Counted from the stretch's first letter, positions 1 through 10,908 are shown. The stretch: 64,000 nt of DNA from an uncultured Arcobacter sp. (GCA_965140705.1 OZ223300.1:896001-960000); one strand, 5' to 3'. Made by a program: numbers and translations. Notes: generated by a model from the sequence alone, not told the origin.

Positions 1-1
1 T

Positions 2-415
2 GTAAATATATTTGGTACTTTGAATAGTTGTAGAATTTTATCAGAAAATATAAATAAAGATGGTATTATTATTAATATAACATCTATTTTAGCATTAATA
101 AATCTTCCTATTATGGCTTTATATTGTGCCTCAAAAAGTGCTTTGCACTCTATAACACAAGCTTTAAGAGCAGAGTTGAAAATAAAAGATATATCAGTAT
201 ATGAAGTATTACCAGGTCCTATTGATACAGCCATGTCAAAAGATTTACAAATGCCAAAAACTTCACCTAGTGATATTGTAAAGGCAACTATAAATGGTCT
301 AAATAGTGACGAATATGAAATATATCCTGATTCGTTTGCTAAAGTTATAAAACAAAGATTAGAAGAAGATAAAACAAATTTAGAAAATGAATTTGCTCAA
401 TCTTTAAATTATTAG
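2..415 (+). CDS. Short-chain dehydrogenase/reductase (SDR), 5'-truncated by the window edge
   Basis: Frame is open from nt 2 (VNIFGTLNSCR). SDR motifs NITS, YCASK (YxxxK) and PGPIDT are present. Confidence 0.9.
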   Translation, partial: VNIFGTLNSCRILSENINKDGIIINITSILALINLPIMALYCASKSALHSITQALRAELKIKDISVYEVLPGPIDTAMSKDLQMPKTSPSDIVKATINGLNSDEYEIYPDSFAKVIKQRLEEDKTNLENEFAQSLNY

Positions 416-423
416 TATAAATA

Positions 424-460
424 AAAAAAGAGGACAAGAGAAAAACTCTTGACCCCTTTT
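424..460. terminator. Probable bidirectional intrinsic terminator between SDR and atpE
   Basis: AAAAAGAGGACAAGAG-AAAAA-CTCTTGACCCCTTTT hairpin flanked by A/T tracts between convergent genes. Confidence 0.75.
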
Positions 461-489
461 AGATTTTATTAAATCTGTAGATTTAAATA

Positions 490-804
490 TTATCCTAGGA
501 ATGGATTTGCATATAATACAATCATTGCAACAACAAGTGCATAAATAACTTGTGCTTCGATCATCGCTAAAGCAATGAACATTGTTGTCATTAATTTTCC
601 ACCTAAACCTGGGTTTCTAGCAGTACCAGCAATAGTTGCAGCAGCAGTATTACCCATACCAATAGCACCACCAAGTGCAGCAAGACCTAAACCAATACCA
701 GCAGCTACTACAGAGTAAGCTTTTAAAGTTTCATTTGCAACTTCACCGTCAGCAGCGAAAGCTACACCAGCGATAGCTAGCATTAAAAGAACGATTTTTT
801 TCAT
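490..804 (-). CDS. atpE: F0F1 ATP synthase subunit c with signal-peptide-like N-terminal extension
   Basis: GxGxGxAxG helix, ARNP loop and conserved carboxylate in IEAQVIY. Confidence 0.97.
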   Translation of the reverse strand: MKKIVLLMLAIAGVAFAADGEVANETLKAYSVVAAGIGLGLAALGGAIGMGNTAAATIAGTARNPGLGGKLMTTMFIALAMIEAQVIYALVVAMIVLYANPFLG

Positions 805-927
805 TCTATATCCTTATAATATATTTTGTTTACAAAGTCTGTTCGGATAGCGTAACCAATCTATAAATAGACTAGCAATACTTACATAAATGCAAATATT
901 TCCCTACTTATCACTTTGTAGGGGTGT

Positions 928-933
928 ATTATA
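928..933 (-). promoter_or_regulatory. Candidate sigma70 -10 box (TATAAT) for atpE
   Basis: Minus strand reads ATTGTATAAT about 125 nt upstream of the start codon, directly before a hairpin-rich leader. Confidence 0.6.
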
Positions 934-1004
934 CAATCTATTAGGTTAAATTTTCTTTATAGTGAGTCTTAAAATAATTAAGCCATTACATTATGTAACA
1001 AAGT

Positions 1005-3098
1005 CTAAATTAAATGCTCTGGTTCATGTAAAAAATAACCTTGTGCATAATCAATATCCAATGATTTAATTGTTTCTAATACTTCTTGTGAATCAACAAA
1101 TTCTGCAACAACTTCCAATCCCAATTGTTTAGCAAAGTTTACAATAGTAGAAACAGTAATAAAAATATTTTTATCTTTATGAATATTTTTAATCAAAGAG
1201 CCATCTATTTTCAAAATATCTACATTAAGTTTAATAATATATTCAAAATTTGAATAGCCAGTTCCAAAATCATCAATTGCAATTCTAACGCCTAGATTTT
1301 TCATTTTTTTAATAAATGATGTAACTTTTTCAAATTGATTTATCTGTTCAGATTCAACTATTTCTAATATAATTCTTTTATTTGTCTTTGTTTCAAGTAA
1401 TACAGTAGTAAGATACTCTACTGTTTTTTCATTTGTGATATCTTGTATTGTTAGATTAATGGAAAAAGAGTTTTCTTTGTCTTTAAAGTAATCACAAGCT
1501 AGTCTTATCATTTTTCTTGTCATTTCATGATAAAGCCTTGCTTTTTTTGCATGTTCTAAGAAGAAGAAAGGAGATAGTATCTTATCATCTACTTCAAGTC
1601 TCATTAATACTTCATATTTTATTTTACCAGTAGTATTATTTATAATCTTTTGACCATAAATTAAAAGGTTGTTATTTTTTAATGCATATTTTATTTTATT
1701 AGTTAATTCTACCCTTTTTTTCAAAGTATCTTTATTTTTATTTTCTAGATTCATTACAAGAGTTTTGTTCTTATCTTTTGCTTCTTGAAGAGCCATTTCT
1801 GCTTCAACTAATAGCCATTCTCTTCCAGTTGAAATACCAATAGTAAAGGATAAGTTTAATTCTTGATCATTATATGTAATAGGAGTTATTTTTACTTTAT
1901 CTAAGAAATTTAAACATAAGTTTTTTAAAGACTCTGTTGAGTAGTTTCCAGAAGCCAATATCCCAAAAATATCTCCACTAATTCTATAAACATTAATATT
2001 AAATTCATTAAAAGTTGATAGTATATTTGAAAGTTCTTTAAGTATAAAATCTCCAACATCTATTCCATATACTTCGTTTATATCTCTAAAATGATTAATA
2101 TTAATCATAGCTAGTTTGGGGAATAAAAGAATCTTGGAATCTTCTACAAGTTTTTGCCTATTTGGTAAACCTGTTAAATTATCAGTAAATTGTTTTGTAA
2201 TTATTTCATCTTTTTCAAATAATGAAGTAACATCATTTCTAATAGCAATGTATTCTTTTACTTCATTGTTAGAATCTAAAATAGGAATAATTGTTGAGTC
2301 TACATAATAGATACTTCCATCTTTTTTCTTATTTGATATAATGCTTTTGTAAATATTTTTACTTTCTAATATCTCCCATAAGTTTTTAAAAAATTCTTTT
2401 GGAGTTTCAGGATTTCTAATTATATTGTGATTTTTTCCAATTAACTCTTCTCTTGAGTAACCAGAAATATCACAGAATTTATCATTTACATAAGTGATTA
2501 TTCCCTTTGTATTTGTTTTTGAAACAATTGAACTCTCATCTAAGGCTTTTTTATACTCTTCTAAAAGCATTAGGGCTTCAGTTAAATCAGAATCTTTTAT
2601 ATCGTTTAAAACATGGTTTAAACTCTCAATTTGACTATATCTTTGTTTTAATTCTTTATTTTTTTTCTCAATAGTTTTTTCTTTTTCTTTTTCTGTTGAT
2701 ATATCTCTCCAACCAGCAATAAAAATAATTTCGTTATTTGAAGTTGACTTTTTTAACGTAACTTCAACCCAAAATTCTTTTTTATTTGAATCTGTATGTA
2801 GCCATTCAAATCTTGAAAATCCATTATTAGAACATTCTTGGATGAGTAGTTTTTCTTTTTCTGTTGATAGGCTCCCATCAGGTTGATATTTGGGAGAAAT
2901 TTGTGAAGGGTGAATATTGAATAAGTCTTCTTTATTTTTCATTTTAAGTATATCAAGTGCAGCTTGATTACAATCAATAAACTTATTGCTTTTTAAAAAT
3001 AAAATGGGATCTATAGAATTTTTAAAGATAATTTCATAATAATCAATATTTTTTAGATTCAATTTAATTCCTATTATTATATTAAAGTAATATAACAA
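1005..3098 (-). CDS. PAS-PAS-GGDEF(degenerate)-EAL protein, probable c-di-GMP phosphodiesterase
   Basis: Two PAS/PAC segments. GGDEF is replaced by SGDIF, while EVLMRL, DDFGTGYS, KID and QGY EAL motifs are intact. Exact start uncertain. Confidence 0.9.
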   Translation of the reverse strand: MLYYFNIIIGIKLNLKNIDYYEIIFKNSIDPILFLKSNKFIDCNQAALDILKMKNKEDLFNIHPSQISPKYQPDGSLSTEKEKLLIQECSNNGFSRFEWLHTDSNKKEFWVEVTLKKSTSNNEIIFIAGWRDISTEKEKEKTIEKKNKELKQRYSQIESLNHVLNDIKDSDLTEALMLLEEYKKALDESSIVSKTNTKGIITYVNDKFCDISGYSREELIGKNHNIIRNPETPKEFFKNLWEILESKNIYKSIISNKKKDGSIYYVDSTIIPILDSNNEVKEYIAIRNDVTSLFEKDEIITKQFTDNLTGLPNRQKLVEDSKILLFPKLAMININHFRDINEVYGIDVGDFILKELSNILSTFNEFNINVYRISGDIFGILASGNYSTESLKNLCLNFLDKVKITPITYNDQELNLSFTIGISTGREWLLVEAEMALQEAKDKNKTLVMNLENKNKDTLKKRVELTNKIKYALKNNNLLIYGQKIINNTTGKIKYEVLMRLEVDDKILSPFFFLEHAKKARLYHEMTRKMIRLACDYFKDKENSFSINLTIQDITNEKTVEYLTTVLLETKTNKRIILEIVESEQINQFEKVTSFIKKMKNLGVRIAIDDFGTGYSNFEYIIKLNVDILKIDGSLIKNIHKDKNIFITVSTIVNFAKQLGLEVVAEFVDSQEVLETIKSLDIDYAQGYFLHEPEHLI

Positions 3099-3221
3099 AA
3101 TATATATAATAATATATTAAAGTAAAAATTAATAGTAATAATCAATTCTAAAATTTTATTTTTGATTCTAATTTAAACATACTAGTGTATAATTTAATAA
3201 ATAAAATATTAAGGCTTCATA

Positions 3222-4733
3222 ATGAAAAAACTATTTTTTGGGTTAACATTTTTAATTATTATTGTTCTTGTAGGAATTTATGCTTTATTATTTACGACAA
3301 CTGGTAATGGTATAGTTTCTTCAATAGTAGAAAGCAAAGTAAATGAACAAAAAGGTTTAAATTTTAAAATAAATAAGTTTGTATTAACTACAAAAAATAT
3401 TGAGTTTGATGCCTCATTAGATAAAAACTCAAATATAAAAATTAATGGTGATTTATCACTATTCTCAAAAACTGCTGATATAAAATATGATATAAATATT
3501 TTGGATTTATCAAAGTTAGAAAAATTTACAAAACAAAAATTAAATGGGAGTTTTAATACTAGCGGTACACTTAAAGGAGATAGTTCTTTAGCTACACTTG
3601 AAGGTATTAGTGACATTTTTAAAAGTAGTACAGATTATAAAGTACAATTAATAAATTTTGAGCCTTCTAACATCATATTTAATGTCAAAAATGCAAAAAT
3701 AGATGAGATACTACATTTAATAAATAAACCTAGATATGCTATGGGAAATATAACAATTAATGGTGATGTAAAAAATGCAGAATTAGATAAATTAAATGGA
3801 AGTATAAGTACAAAAATTGAAAAAGGACTTGTAACAAATAGTTTAGTTAATAAAGATTTTAATACAAAATTAATAAATAGATTAACTTTCCATGGCGATA
3901 TTCAAACAGATTTAGAACCAAATAAAGTTTTATCTAAAGTTGATTTTTATTCAACTATGGCAAATCTTTTTGTAAAAAAAGCAGATGTTGATTTGAAAAA
4001 TATGATTATAAAAAGTGATTATTTTTTAAATGTTGATGATCTTTCAAAACTTTTTGATGTTACACAAACTAAGTTAAGAGGGAAAATTGATGTTGCAGGA
4101 GATATTAAAAAAGATAAAGATTTACTTGTAAATGGTTATTCTGAATTGTTAGATGGTAAATTAAGATTCAAACTTCTTAATGATGATTTTTCTGCAAATA
4201 TTGATGATATTGAAATTCTAAAAGTATTACATATGCTTTATTATCCAGAAATATTTACTTCAAAAACAAAATTAAAACTTGATTATAATCTTGTAAAACA
4301 AGTTGGTGATTTAAAAGGTAATTTAATAAATGGACAATTTAAACAAAATGAGTATTCAACTATAATAAACAGTTTTGCTAAATTTGATCTTACTAAAGAA
4401 ATCTATGAAGATATTTTATTAGATAGTAATATAAATAAAAACATAATTAAATCTACAATAAATATGAAAAGTAAATTAACTACAATTGATGTTAACCCTT
4501 CAACTATTGATACAAAAGCAAATGTGATAGATGCTTTAGTAAAAACAGATATAAAAGGTATAAAATTTGATACAAAAATATCTGGTGATATTTCAAATCC
4601 AAAAGTTAAAGTTGATACTAAAAAGCTTTTAGAAAGTGGAGTTAAAGAAAAAGTAAAAGAAAAAATTAAAGATACAGTTGAGAAAAAACTAGGGGATAAA
4701 GCAGGAAATCTATTAAAGAGTTTTTTTCAATAA
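3222..4733 (+). CDS. Membrane-anchored beta-rich periplasmic protein (possibly AsmA-like)
   Basis: N-terminal TM helix followed by beta-strand-rich sequence and a C-terminal GxxxxP motif. RBS AAGG. Confidence 0.6.
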   Translation: MKKLFFGLTFLIIIVLVGIYALLFTTTGNGIVSSIVESKVNEQKGLNFKINKFVLTTKNIEFDASLDKNSNIKINGDLSLFSKTADIKYDINILDLSKLEKFTKQKLNGSFNTSGTLKGDSSLATLEGISDIFKSSTDYKVQLINFEPSNIIFNVKNAKIDEILHLINKPRYAMGNITINGDVKNAELDKLNGSISTKIEKGLVTNSLVNKDFNTKLINRLTFHGDIQTDLEPNKVLSKVDFYSTMANLFVKKADVDLKNMIIKSDYFLNVDDLSKLFDVTQTKLRGKIDVAGDIKKDKDLLVNGYSELLDGKLRFKLLNDDFSANIDDIEILKVLHMLYYPEIFTSKTKLKLDYNLVKQVGDLKGNLINGQFKQNEYSTIINSFAKFDLTKEIYEDILLDSNINKNIIKSTINMKSKLTTIDVNPSTIDTKANVIDALVKTDIKGIKFDTKISGDISNPKVKVDTKKLLESGVKEKVKEKIKDTVEKKLGDKAGNLLKSFFQ

Positions 4734-4735
4734 AC

Positions 4736-5401
4736 TTAACAAAGTAGCTTATAACCTACACCATATTCAGTTATAAGATATTTTGAGTTCGAGCCATTGT
4801 CTCCTATTTTTATTCGTATATTTTTTATATGATAATCGAGACTTCTATGGCTTTGAATCTGAGATGATAAAAATTTTATTAAATCATCTCTTTTTATAAT
4901 TATATTTTTATTAATAATTAAATATTTTAAAATATCAAATTCTATTTTAGTTAATTTTAAAACTTTATAATTGAAGAGAATAGTGTCATTTTGTATTTGA
5001 AATATTTCTTTATTTTTTATTTCTATAATATTTGATATTTGTTTTAATTGGACCCAAATTCTTGCTTCTAATTCATCTGGATCAATTGGTTTTACCATAT
5101 AATCTCTAGCACCTAATTTAAATGCTGTAAGTTTTGTCTTTTTGTCAGAATAAGCACTCAAAACAATTATTGGTATATTTTTATGGGTATTAAGATATTT
5201 TAAAACTTCAAAGCCATTATAATCTGGTAAATTAATATCTAAAAGTATTAAAGAATAATCAAAAAACTTAGTATTAGAAATAGCACTGGTAACTGTATTT
5301 ACAACATCAACATCAAAAGAGCACTCTTCTAAAAAAACCTTTATTAAAAAGGAACAATTCTCATCATCTTCTATTAACATAATTTTATTATTTAATAACA
5401 T
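4736..5401 (-). CDS. OmpR/PhoB-family response regulator
   Basis: IEDD, LLDINLP and KP receiver motifs with winged-helix YGVGY. Start set at ATG 5401 because GAGGA lies upstream (ORF track gives 5428). Confidence 0.92.
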   Translation of the reverse strand: MLLNNKIMLIEDDENCSFLIKVFLEECSFDVDVVNTVTSAISNTKFFDYSLILLDINLPDYNGFEVLKYLNTHKNIPIIVLSAYSDKKTKLTAFKLGARDYMVKPIDPDELEARIWVQLKQISNIIEIKNKEIFQIQNDTILFNYKVLKLTKIEFDILKYLIINKNIIIKRDDLIKFLSSQIQSHRSLDYHIKNIRIKIGDNGSNSKYLITEYGVGYKLLC

Positions 5402-5489
5402 TTTTAACTTATTCCTCACATTCCTCATATTGTTACATTTATTACCTTAGAATTGTATTCTATAATTTCAGAAATTATTTTAAAGGAAA

Positions 5490-7346
5490 ATGATGTTAAG
5501 TAAAATCAATACTAAGAAAAAACTATTATTATTTCCTGGAATATTTATAATTATAGTTATATTTGCTGGAATGGCTTATTTATATTATAATAATATTTCA
5601 AATGAAAGAAACGAGTCTGCTATAAAAACAGAACATTTTGTTCAAGAAGTACTTAAAGGAAGAATTTCTGTTTATCAATTTTTAAACTCTCCAAGTGAAG
5701 AAAAAGCTAAGAAAGTAAGAAATGATTTTTCTTTTTTAAATAAAGAAGTTTTAAACTTAAAAGAAAAACTAAGTTTAAAAGAAAATATAATTTTATCAAA
5801 TGAGATTATAGAATATTCAAAAAAATATATTGAATTATTTGACAAATTTGCAATTAAAAAGATAAATGATACTAACAATGGCATAAAAGAGAATTCATTA
5901 GAAATAAAAAATGACATTTCTGAAATGGTTAAAATTGGTCTGATTTTAGAGCAAAAAATAAGTAAGATAAATAAAAGTGCTGTGATTTTGAAAAAGGAAT
6001 CAATTAATCTTCTAAATAGAGTATTAATTATATTAGCAATCTTATCAATTATTATATTTGTAATAAGTTCAATTTTAATTTCAAATATTATAATAAAATC
6101 TTTGCATAATTTTAAAGAAGGATTATTGTCTTTTTTTACATACTTGAATAGAGAATCATCTAGTGTTTCAAGATTAAATGATGAATCAAATGATGAATTT
6201 GGTGAAATGGCAAAAGTTGTTAATGAAAATATAAGTAAAATAAAAAAAGGCATAGAAGAAGATAGAAAATTAATAGATGAAGCAATTGTAGTTTTAAGTG
6301 AATTTGAAAAAGGTGATTTAAAGCAAAGATTAAATATAAATGTTGATAATCCTATTCTTATGCAGTTAAAAAATGTATTAAATGAGATGGCATCTAATTT
6401 AGAAACAAATGTAAATAATATTTTAAGAGTTTTAGAAAAATATTCAAGCTATAATTACTTAGAAAAAGTATCAATAAATAACTTAAAAGAGGATCTATTA
6501 AAACTTGCAAATGGTGTTAATGGATTAGGTAATTCTATTACAGAAATGCTAGTTGAGAATAAATCAAATGGATTAACACTTGATAATAGTTCAGATATCT
6601 TATTGATTAATGTTGACAAATTAAATTTAAGCTCAAATGAAGCAGCAGCAAGTTTAGAAGAGACAGCAGCTGCATTAGAAGAAATCACAAGCAATTTAAG
6701 AAATAATACAGAAAATATTGCAAAAATGGCATCATATTCAAATAACTTAACACAGTCTGCAAATAGTGGAGAAAAATTAGCTAATCAAACAACAATTGCA
6801 ATGGATGAAATAAATGAACAAGTTAATGCAATTAATGAATCGATTAGTGTTATAGACCAAATAGCATTTCAAACAAATATTCTATCTCTTAACGCAGCTG
6901 TTGAAGCTGCAACTGCAGGAGAAGCTGGAAAAGGATTTGCGGTTGTTGCACAAGAGGTAAGAAATTTAGCTTCAAGAAGTGCAGAAGCAGCTAAAGAAAT
7001 TAAAACTATTGTTGAAAATGCAACTTTAAAAGCAAATGAAGGTAAAAATATTGCTGGAAATATGATATTAGGATATAAAGAATTAAATGAAAATATTGTA
7101 AAAACAATAAATTTAATTGAAGATATAGAGATGTCTAGTAAAGAGCAATTAATGGGCATTGAGCAAATAAATACAGCAGTTACACAATTAGATCAACAAA
7201 CTCAACAGAATGCTGCTGTAGCATCTGAAACTCATGATATAGCAATAGTAACTGATAGAATTGCAAAACTAATTGTAAAAGAAGCAAATGAAAAAGAATT
7301 TGATGGAAAAAATGATGTAAAAGCAAAAGAATCAGATAAAAAGTGA
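5490..7346 (+). CDS. Methyl-accepting chemotaxis protein
   Basis: Two TMs, HAMP region and [37 protein letters not shown] signalling hairpin. Confidence 0.96.
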   Translation: MMLSKINTKKKLLLFPGIFIIIVIFAGMAYLYYNNISNERNESAIKTEHFVQEVLKGRISVYQFLNSPSEEKAKKVRNDFSFLNKEVLNLKEKLSLKENIILSNEIIEYSKKYIELFDKFAIKKINDTNNGIKENSLEIKNDISEMVKIGLILEQKISKINKSAVILKKESINLLNRVLIILAILSIIIFVISSILISNIIIKSLHNFKEGLLSFFTYLNRESSSVSRLNDESNDEFGEMAKVVNENISKIKKGIEEDRKLIDEAIVVLSEFEKGDLKQRLNINVDNPILMQLKNVLNEMASNLETNVNNILRVLEKYSSYNYLEKVSINNLKEDLLKLANGVNGLGNSITEMLVENKSNGLTLDNSSDILLINVDKLNLSSNEAAASLEETAAALEEITSNLRNNTENIAKMASYSNNLTQSANSGEKLANQTTIAMDEINEQVNAINESISVIDQIAFQTNILSLNAAVEAATAGEAGKGFAVVAQEVRNLASRSAEAAKEIKTIVENATLKANEGKNIAGNMILGYKELNENIVKTINLIEDIEMSSKEQLMGIEQINTAVTQLDQQTQQNAAVASETHDIAIVTDRIAKLIVKEANEKEFDGKNDVKAKESDKK

Positions 7347-7403
7347 TAAATAAACTATATAGATGAACATAAAAGTTATTAAGAAGAGAAGAAATAATCT
7401 ATA

Positions 7404-8813
7404 ATGGGAAGTACATTAAAGAGATTAATAGTTTTTTGTATATTTATATCTTGTTTATATGCGGATAACTTAGAGCTTTACTCTATGCAAATATTTGATT
7501 TAAGTGCAGAAAATAATATGGAATTATTTAATTCTCAAAATAATGATATAAATATATTAAAAGAAAAAAAGAAATTGAGTGAATACTTTTCTCGTGAAGA
7601 AAAGCTATTAATAATATATTTAACATTTATTTGTTTGTTGATAATTATTTTGATTTCTTTTTATATAATAAATTTAAACAAGCATAATAAGGAATTAAAC
7701 TATTGGGTTAATGCTACTATTGAAGGTATTGCCATATTTGAAGATGGAAAATTAATAAAAGCAAATAATCAAGTTTTGAAAATTTTTGGATATAAAACTT
7801 TTCAAGAAATTTATTTAAAAAGTTATTATGATTTAACTGCTCCACAAGATCATTATTTAATTGATAAAAGAATTGAAGGAAATTATCAAGATAGATATGA
7901 AGTAAAACTTATGAAAAAAGATGGGTCTTTTGCTGATGCTTTAGTAAAAGGGAATATGATAAAAGATACAAATAGAAGAATTAGCATATTTGTAGACATA
8001 AGTGAACTTAAGAATACTCAAAGAAAATTAAAAGAATTAAATTTAAATTTAGAAGAGAAGATAAATAAAGAAGTGAGAAATAATGAAGAACAACAATCAA
8101 TAATGTTTCAACAATCAAAATTTGCTGAAATGGGATTGATGTTACATATGATAGCTCATCAATGGAGACAACCTTTAAATAATATTTCTCTAGTTGTAAA
8201 CCTTTTAATTAAAAAACAAAAAAATGGTAATTTAAGTATCGATGCTTTAGATAGGTTTAAAAATGACTTTCAAAAACAAATAAATTATTTATCAAATACC
8301 ATAGATGATTTTAGAGAATTTTTTAAACCCAAGAAATTTAAAGAAAAATTTTCATTGCTTGAAATGATTCAGAGTACGTATAGTTTACTAAAACCCATAT
8401 TCCAACGTAATAATATAACTTTTAATTTAAATATACAAGTAAATGTAGAGTATTTTGGCTATGAAAATGAACTATCACAAGTTATTTTAAATATTTTGAA
8501 TAATTCTAAAGATGCATTAATTGAAAATAATGTATCAAATAAAATAGTAAATATAGATGCAAAAGAGAGTCAAAACTATTTGATAATTAATATTCAAGAT
8601 AATGGCAAGGGTGTAAAAGAAAAAAACTTAAAGAAGCTTTTTGAACCGTATTTTTCAACAAAAAGTCAAAAAACTGGTACAGGACTTGGCTTATATATGA
8701 GTAAGATAATTATAGAAAAACATTTTAATGGTAATATCTTTTGTAAAAATATACTTGATGGCTTTGAAGTAACTATTAAGTTACCAAAAATAAATAATAA
8801 TTTGTCAAATTAA
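7404..8813 (+). CDS. PAS-domain sensor histidine kinase
   Basis: H-box IAHQWRQPL, N-box NILNNSKDA, DNGKG, FEPYFSTK and GTGLGL. Confidence 0.93.
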   Translation: MGSTLKRLIVFCIFISCLYADNLELYSMQIFDLSAENNMELFNSQNNDINILKEKKKLSEYFSREEKLLIIYLTFICLLIIILISFYIINLNKHNKELNYWVNATIEGIAIFEDGKLIKANNQVLKIFGYKTFQEIYLKSYYDLTAPQDHYLIDKRIEGNYQDRYEVKLMKKDGSFADALVKGNMIKDTNRRISIFVDISELKNTQRKLKELNLNLEEKINKEVRNNEEQQSIMFQQSKFAEMGLMLHMIAHQWRQPLNNISLVVNLLIKKQKNGNLSIDALDRFKNDFQKQINYLSNTIDDFREFFKPKKFKEKFSLLEMIQSTYSLLKPIFQRNNITFNLNIQVNVEYFGYENELSQVILNILNNSKDALIENNVSNKIVNIDAKESQNYLIINIQDNGKGVKEKNLKKLFEPYFSTKSQKTGTGLGLYMSKIIIEKHFNGNIFCKNILDGFEVTIKLPKINNNLSN

Positions 8814-8819
8814 CAAAAA

Positions 8820-9104
8820 TTAATTTGATAAAATTAAATCTATTATCTCATTACTATCTTTTGAATTAGAAAGTGCAATCTGTATTATAGTTTGTTCTTT
8901 ATTTAATATTTTAATATTATTATCAGTTAGTTTCTTTATAATATTTGTAGTGTCAATTTTAAATACTCCTGATAAATCTTCAAGAGGTGTGTTGATTATC
9001 TTTGAATACAATTTTTCATCTATTTTGGTATCTTTACTTAAGTATGATGAAGAAGCAAGAGTAATAATTGTAAAAATTGTAAATAATAAAAATTTAATTT
9101 TCAT
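8820..9104 (-). CDS. Small exported hypothetical protein
   Basis: Signal-peptide-like N-terminus, AGGA RBS, fills the gap between genes. Confidence 0.7.
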   Translation of the reverse strand: MKIKFLLFTIFTIITLASSSYLSKDTKIDEKLYSKIINTPLEDLSGVFKIDTTNIIKKLTDNNIKILNKEQTIIQIALSNSKDSNEIIDLILSN

Positions 9105-9197
9105 GTAATGTCCTATTTATATATTAGTACATTATATTGGTTAATATTTAATGAACAGTTTTGAATAGTTAATAAATAGTTAATTGAGAGGGGAAAA

Positions 9198-9908
9198 ATG
9201 GAACAATTAAAAAAAGTATTAATAACAGGTGGAAATAAAGGAATAGGGTTAGCTGTTGTAAAAAGATTTATTGAGCTTGACTATGAAGTTGTAGTTGTAG
9301 CAAGAAATTTTTCAAATTTTGAATTTAAAGATAATAAAAAAGTTAGATGCATAGAGTATGATTTATCAAATATGGATGGACTAAAAGATTTAGCAAAAGA
9401 AGTAGGAGAAATCGATACTTTAATTAACAATGCTGGATATATGCAACCAAAATATAGTTATGATAATTATCCCCTTGAAGCTAAAGAACATATTATGAAT
9501 GTGGATTTATATGCTCCTGTTGAACTTATAACACTATTTAGTGAAGATATGAAAAAAAGAAATTATGGAAGAATAGTAAATACAGCTTCAATTGCAGGAC
9601 AAATTGGTCATCCTGATATTTGGTATGGGATTGCAAAAGCAGGTCTTATAAATGCAACTAAAATTTTTGCTAAACTTTTAGGTGGACATAATATTGTTGT
9701 AAATTGTATAGCTCCAAGTCCTGTTGAAACTGATATGCAAAAGGATAACTCTGAAGAGAGAAAAGCTGAGTTTAAAAAAGCAGTTCCTTGTGGAAGATTT
9801 GCAGAACCTGCAGAAGCAGCTGAGGTTATAGTTTGGTTAGCTACAGCTTGTCCTGAATATGTAAATGGAACTACAGTTGATTTTAATAATGGATCATATG
9901 TAAGATAA
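9198..9908 (+). CDS. SDR family oxidoreductase (FabG-like)
   Basis: TGGNKGIG, NNAG and YGIAK motifs. Confidence 0.93.
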   Translation: MEQLKKVLITGGNKGIGLAVVKRFIELDYEVVVVARNFSNFEFKDNKKVRCIEYDLSNMDGLKDLAKEVGEIDTLINNAGYMQPKYSYDNYPLEAKEHIMNVDLYAPVELITLFSEDMKKRNYGRIVNTASIAGQIGHPDIWYGIAKAGLINATKIFAKLLGGHNIVVNCIAPSPVETDMQKDNSEERKAEFKKAVPCGRFAEPAEAAEVIVWLATACPEYVNGTTVDFNNGSYVR

Positions 9909-9947
9909 AACTAACAAATTTAAATTCTAAAGAGGTGATTTGAAATA

Positions 9948-10856
9948 TCAACTCTTTAGATTATTTGTTCGTTTTTTAAAGATTCTTATATTATTTAAAA
10001 TTTTTACGGCAATTAACGTTAATATTGTACCTATAATTATAGTTAAACTTATATGCTCTTTTAAGAAAATAACACTCAAAATGATAGCAAATAAAGGAAC
10101 TAAAAAGATAAAAGAACTAACCTCATTTGTTCCAAGTTTCTCTATTCCTACAAAATATATAGTTGTAGCAAAAGTTGTGGAGATAACTGATATAGAAAGA
10201 ACATTTAACCAAAAAATCCAATCAAAAGCTTTATAATCAATACTTGGTACATCAACAAAAAATACCATAACCATAATAGTAGTAATAACATACATATAAA
10301 AAGTAAATACCATAGGTGATATTTTTGTGGCTTTTGAACTAACTATTGTAAGAATTGGCCAAAGAATTGATGCCAATACAAAATAAATATTCTTTTGTGA
10401 AAATATTTGCTCATGTGAAAAGGACCAAATATTAAGCATAGTTAGAACTCCAATACCTCCAAGAACTAGAGCCAAAATATCTTTTTTACCTATTTTTCTT
10501 CCAAAAAACATTGCCATAATTAGAAAAGTATTTATAGGAATCATAGTAGTTACTAAAGCACCACCAAGACTTGCTGTTCCAAATTTAGTTCCTAGAAAAT
10601 AACATTTCATATAAGCTATCATCACAATTGAAGCTATAATAACTAATATGAAACTTTTTATATTTATATAAAAACTTTTCTTTGAATATAATAATACGGG
10701 AAGAAGTGTAATAATCGTAAAGATATTTCTAAAAAATATCAGTTCATATTCATTAATATAAGCACTTAAAACTTTTGCACTAACCCAAGAAGCTCCCCAT
10801 CCAGCCATCGCTAGAAACATAAGAGCATAAAAAATATTTTTACTTTTGTCTGTCAT
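9948..10856 (-). CDS. DMT/EamA family transporter
   Basis: About 10 TM helices in two EamA-like halves (WGASW; LVPLFA...FLKE). Confidence 0.9.
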   Translation of the reverse strand: MTDKSKNIFYALMFLAMAGWGASWVSAKVLSAYINEYELIFFRNIFTIITLLPVLLYSKKSFYINIKSFILVIIASIVMIAYMKCYFLGTKFGTASLGGALVTTMIPINTFLIMAMFFGRKIGKKDILALVLGGIGVLTMLNIWSFSHEQIFSQKNIYFVLASILWPILTIVSSKATKISPMVFTFYMYVITTIMVMVFFVDVPSIDYKAFDWIFWLNVLSISVISTTFATTIYFVGIEKLGTNEVSSFIFLVPLFAIILSVIFLKEHISLTIIIGTILTLIAVKILNNIRIFKKRTNNLKS

Positions 10857-10908
10857 GTATAATCTTTCTAAAATTTTGTATGGAAGTGTAATATAAATAA
10901 TAATTTAT

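Noticed and set aside
490..804. Na+-coupled ATP synthase, suggested by two Na+/H+ antiporters in the window
   Set aside because: The c subunit has IEAQ and lacks the Q...E-S/T Na+-binding signature.
841..852. GTTCGGATAGC in the atpE leader resembling GTTGGATAGC in the ERIC-like element
   Set aside because: The match is too short and the flanks are unrelated.
5411..5428. ATTCCTCAC/ATTCCTCAT direct repeat as an OmpR-type binding site
   Set aside because: The 9-bp period is atypical and it coincides with the GAGGA RBS; support is insufficient.
9108..9119. ATGTCCTATTT matching half of the suf/nif operator
   Set aside because: It is the reverse complement of the RBS of ORF 8820-9104, and the other half-site is absent.
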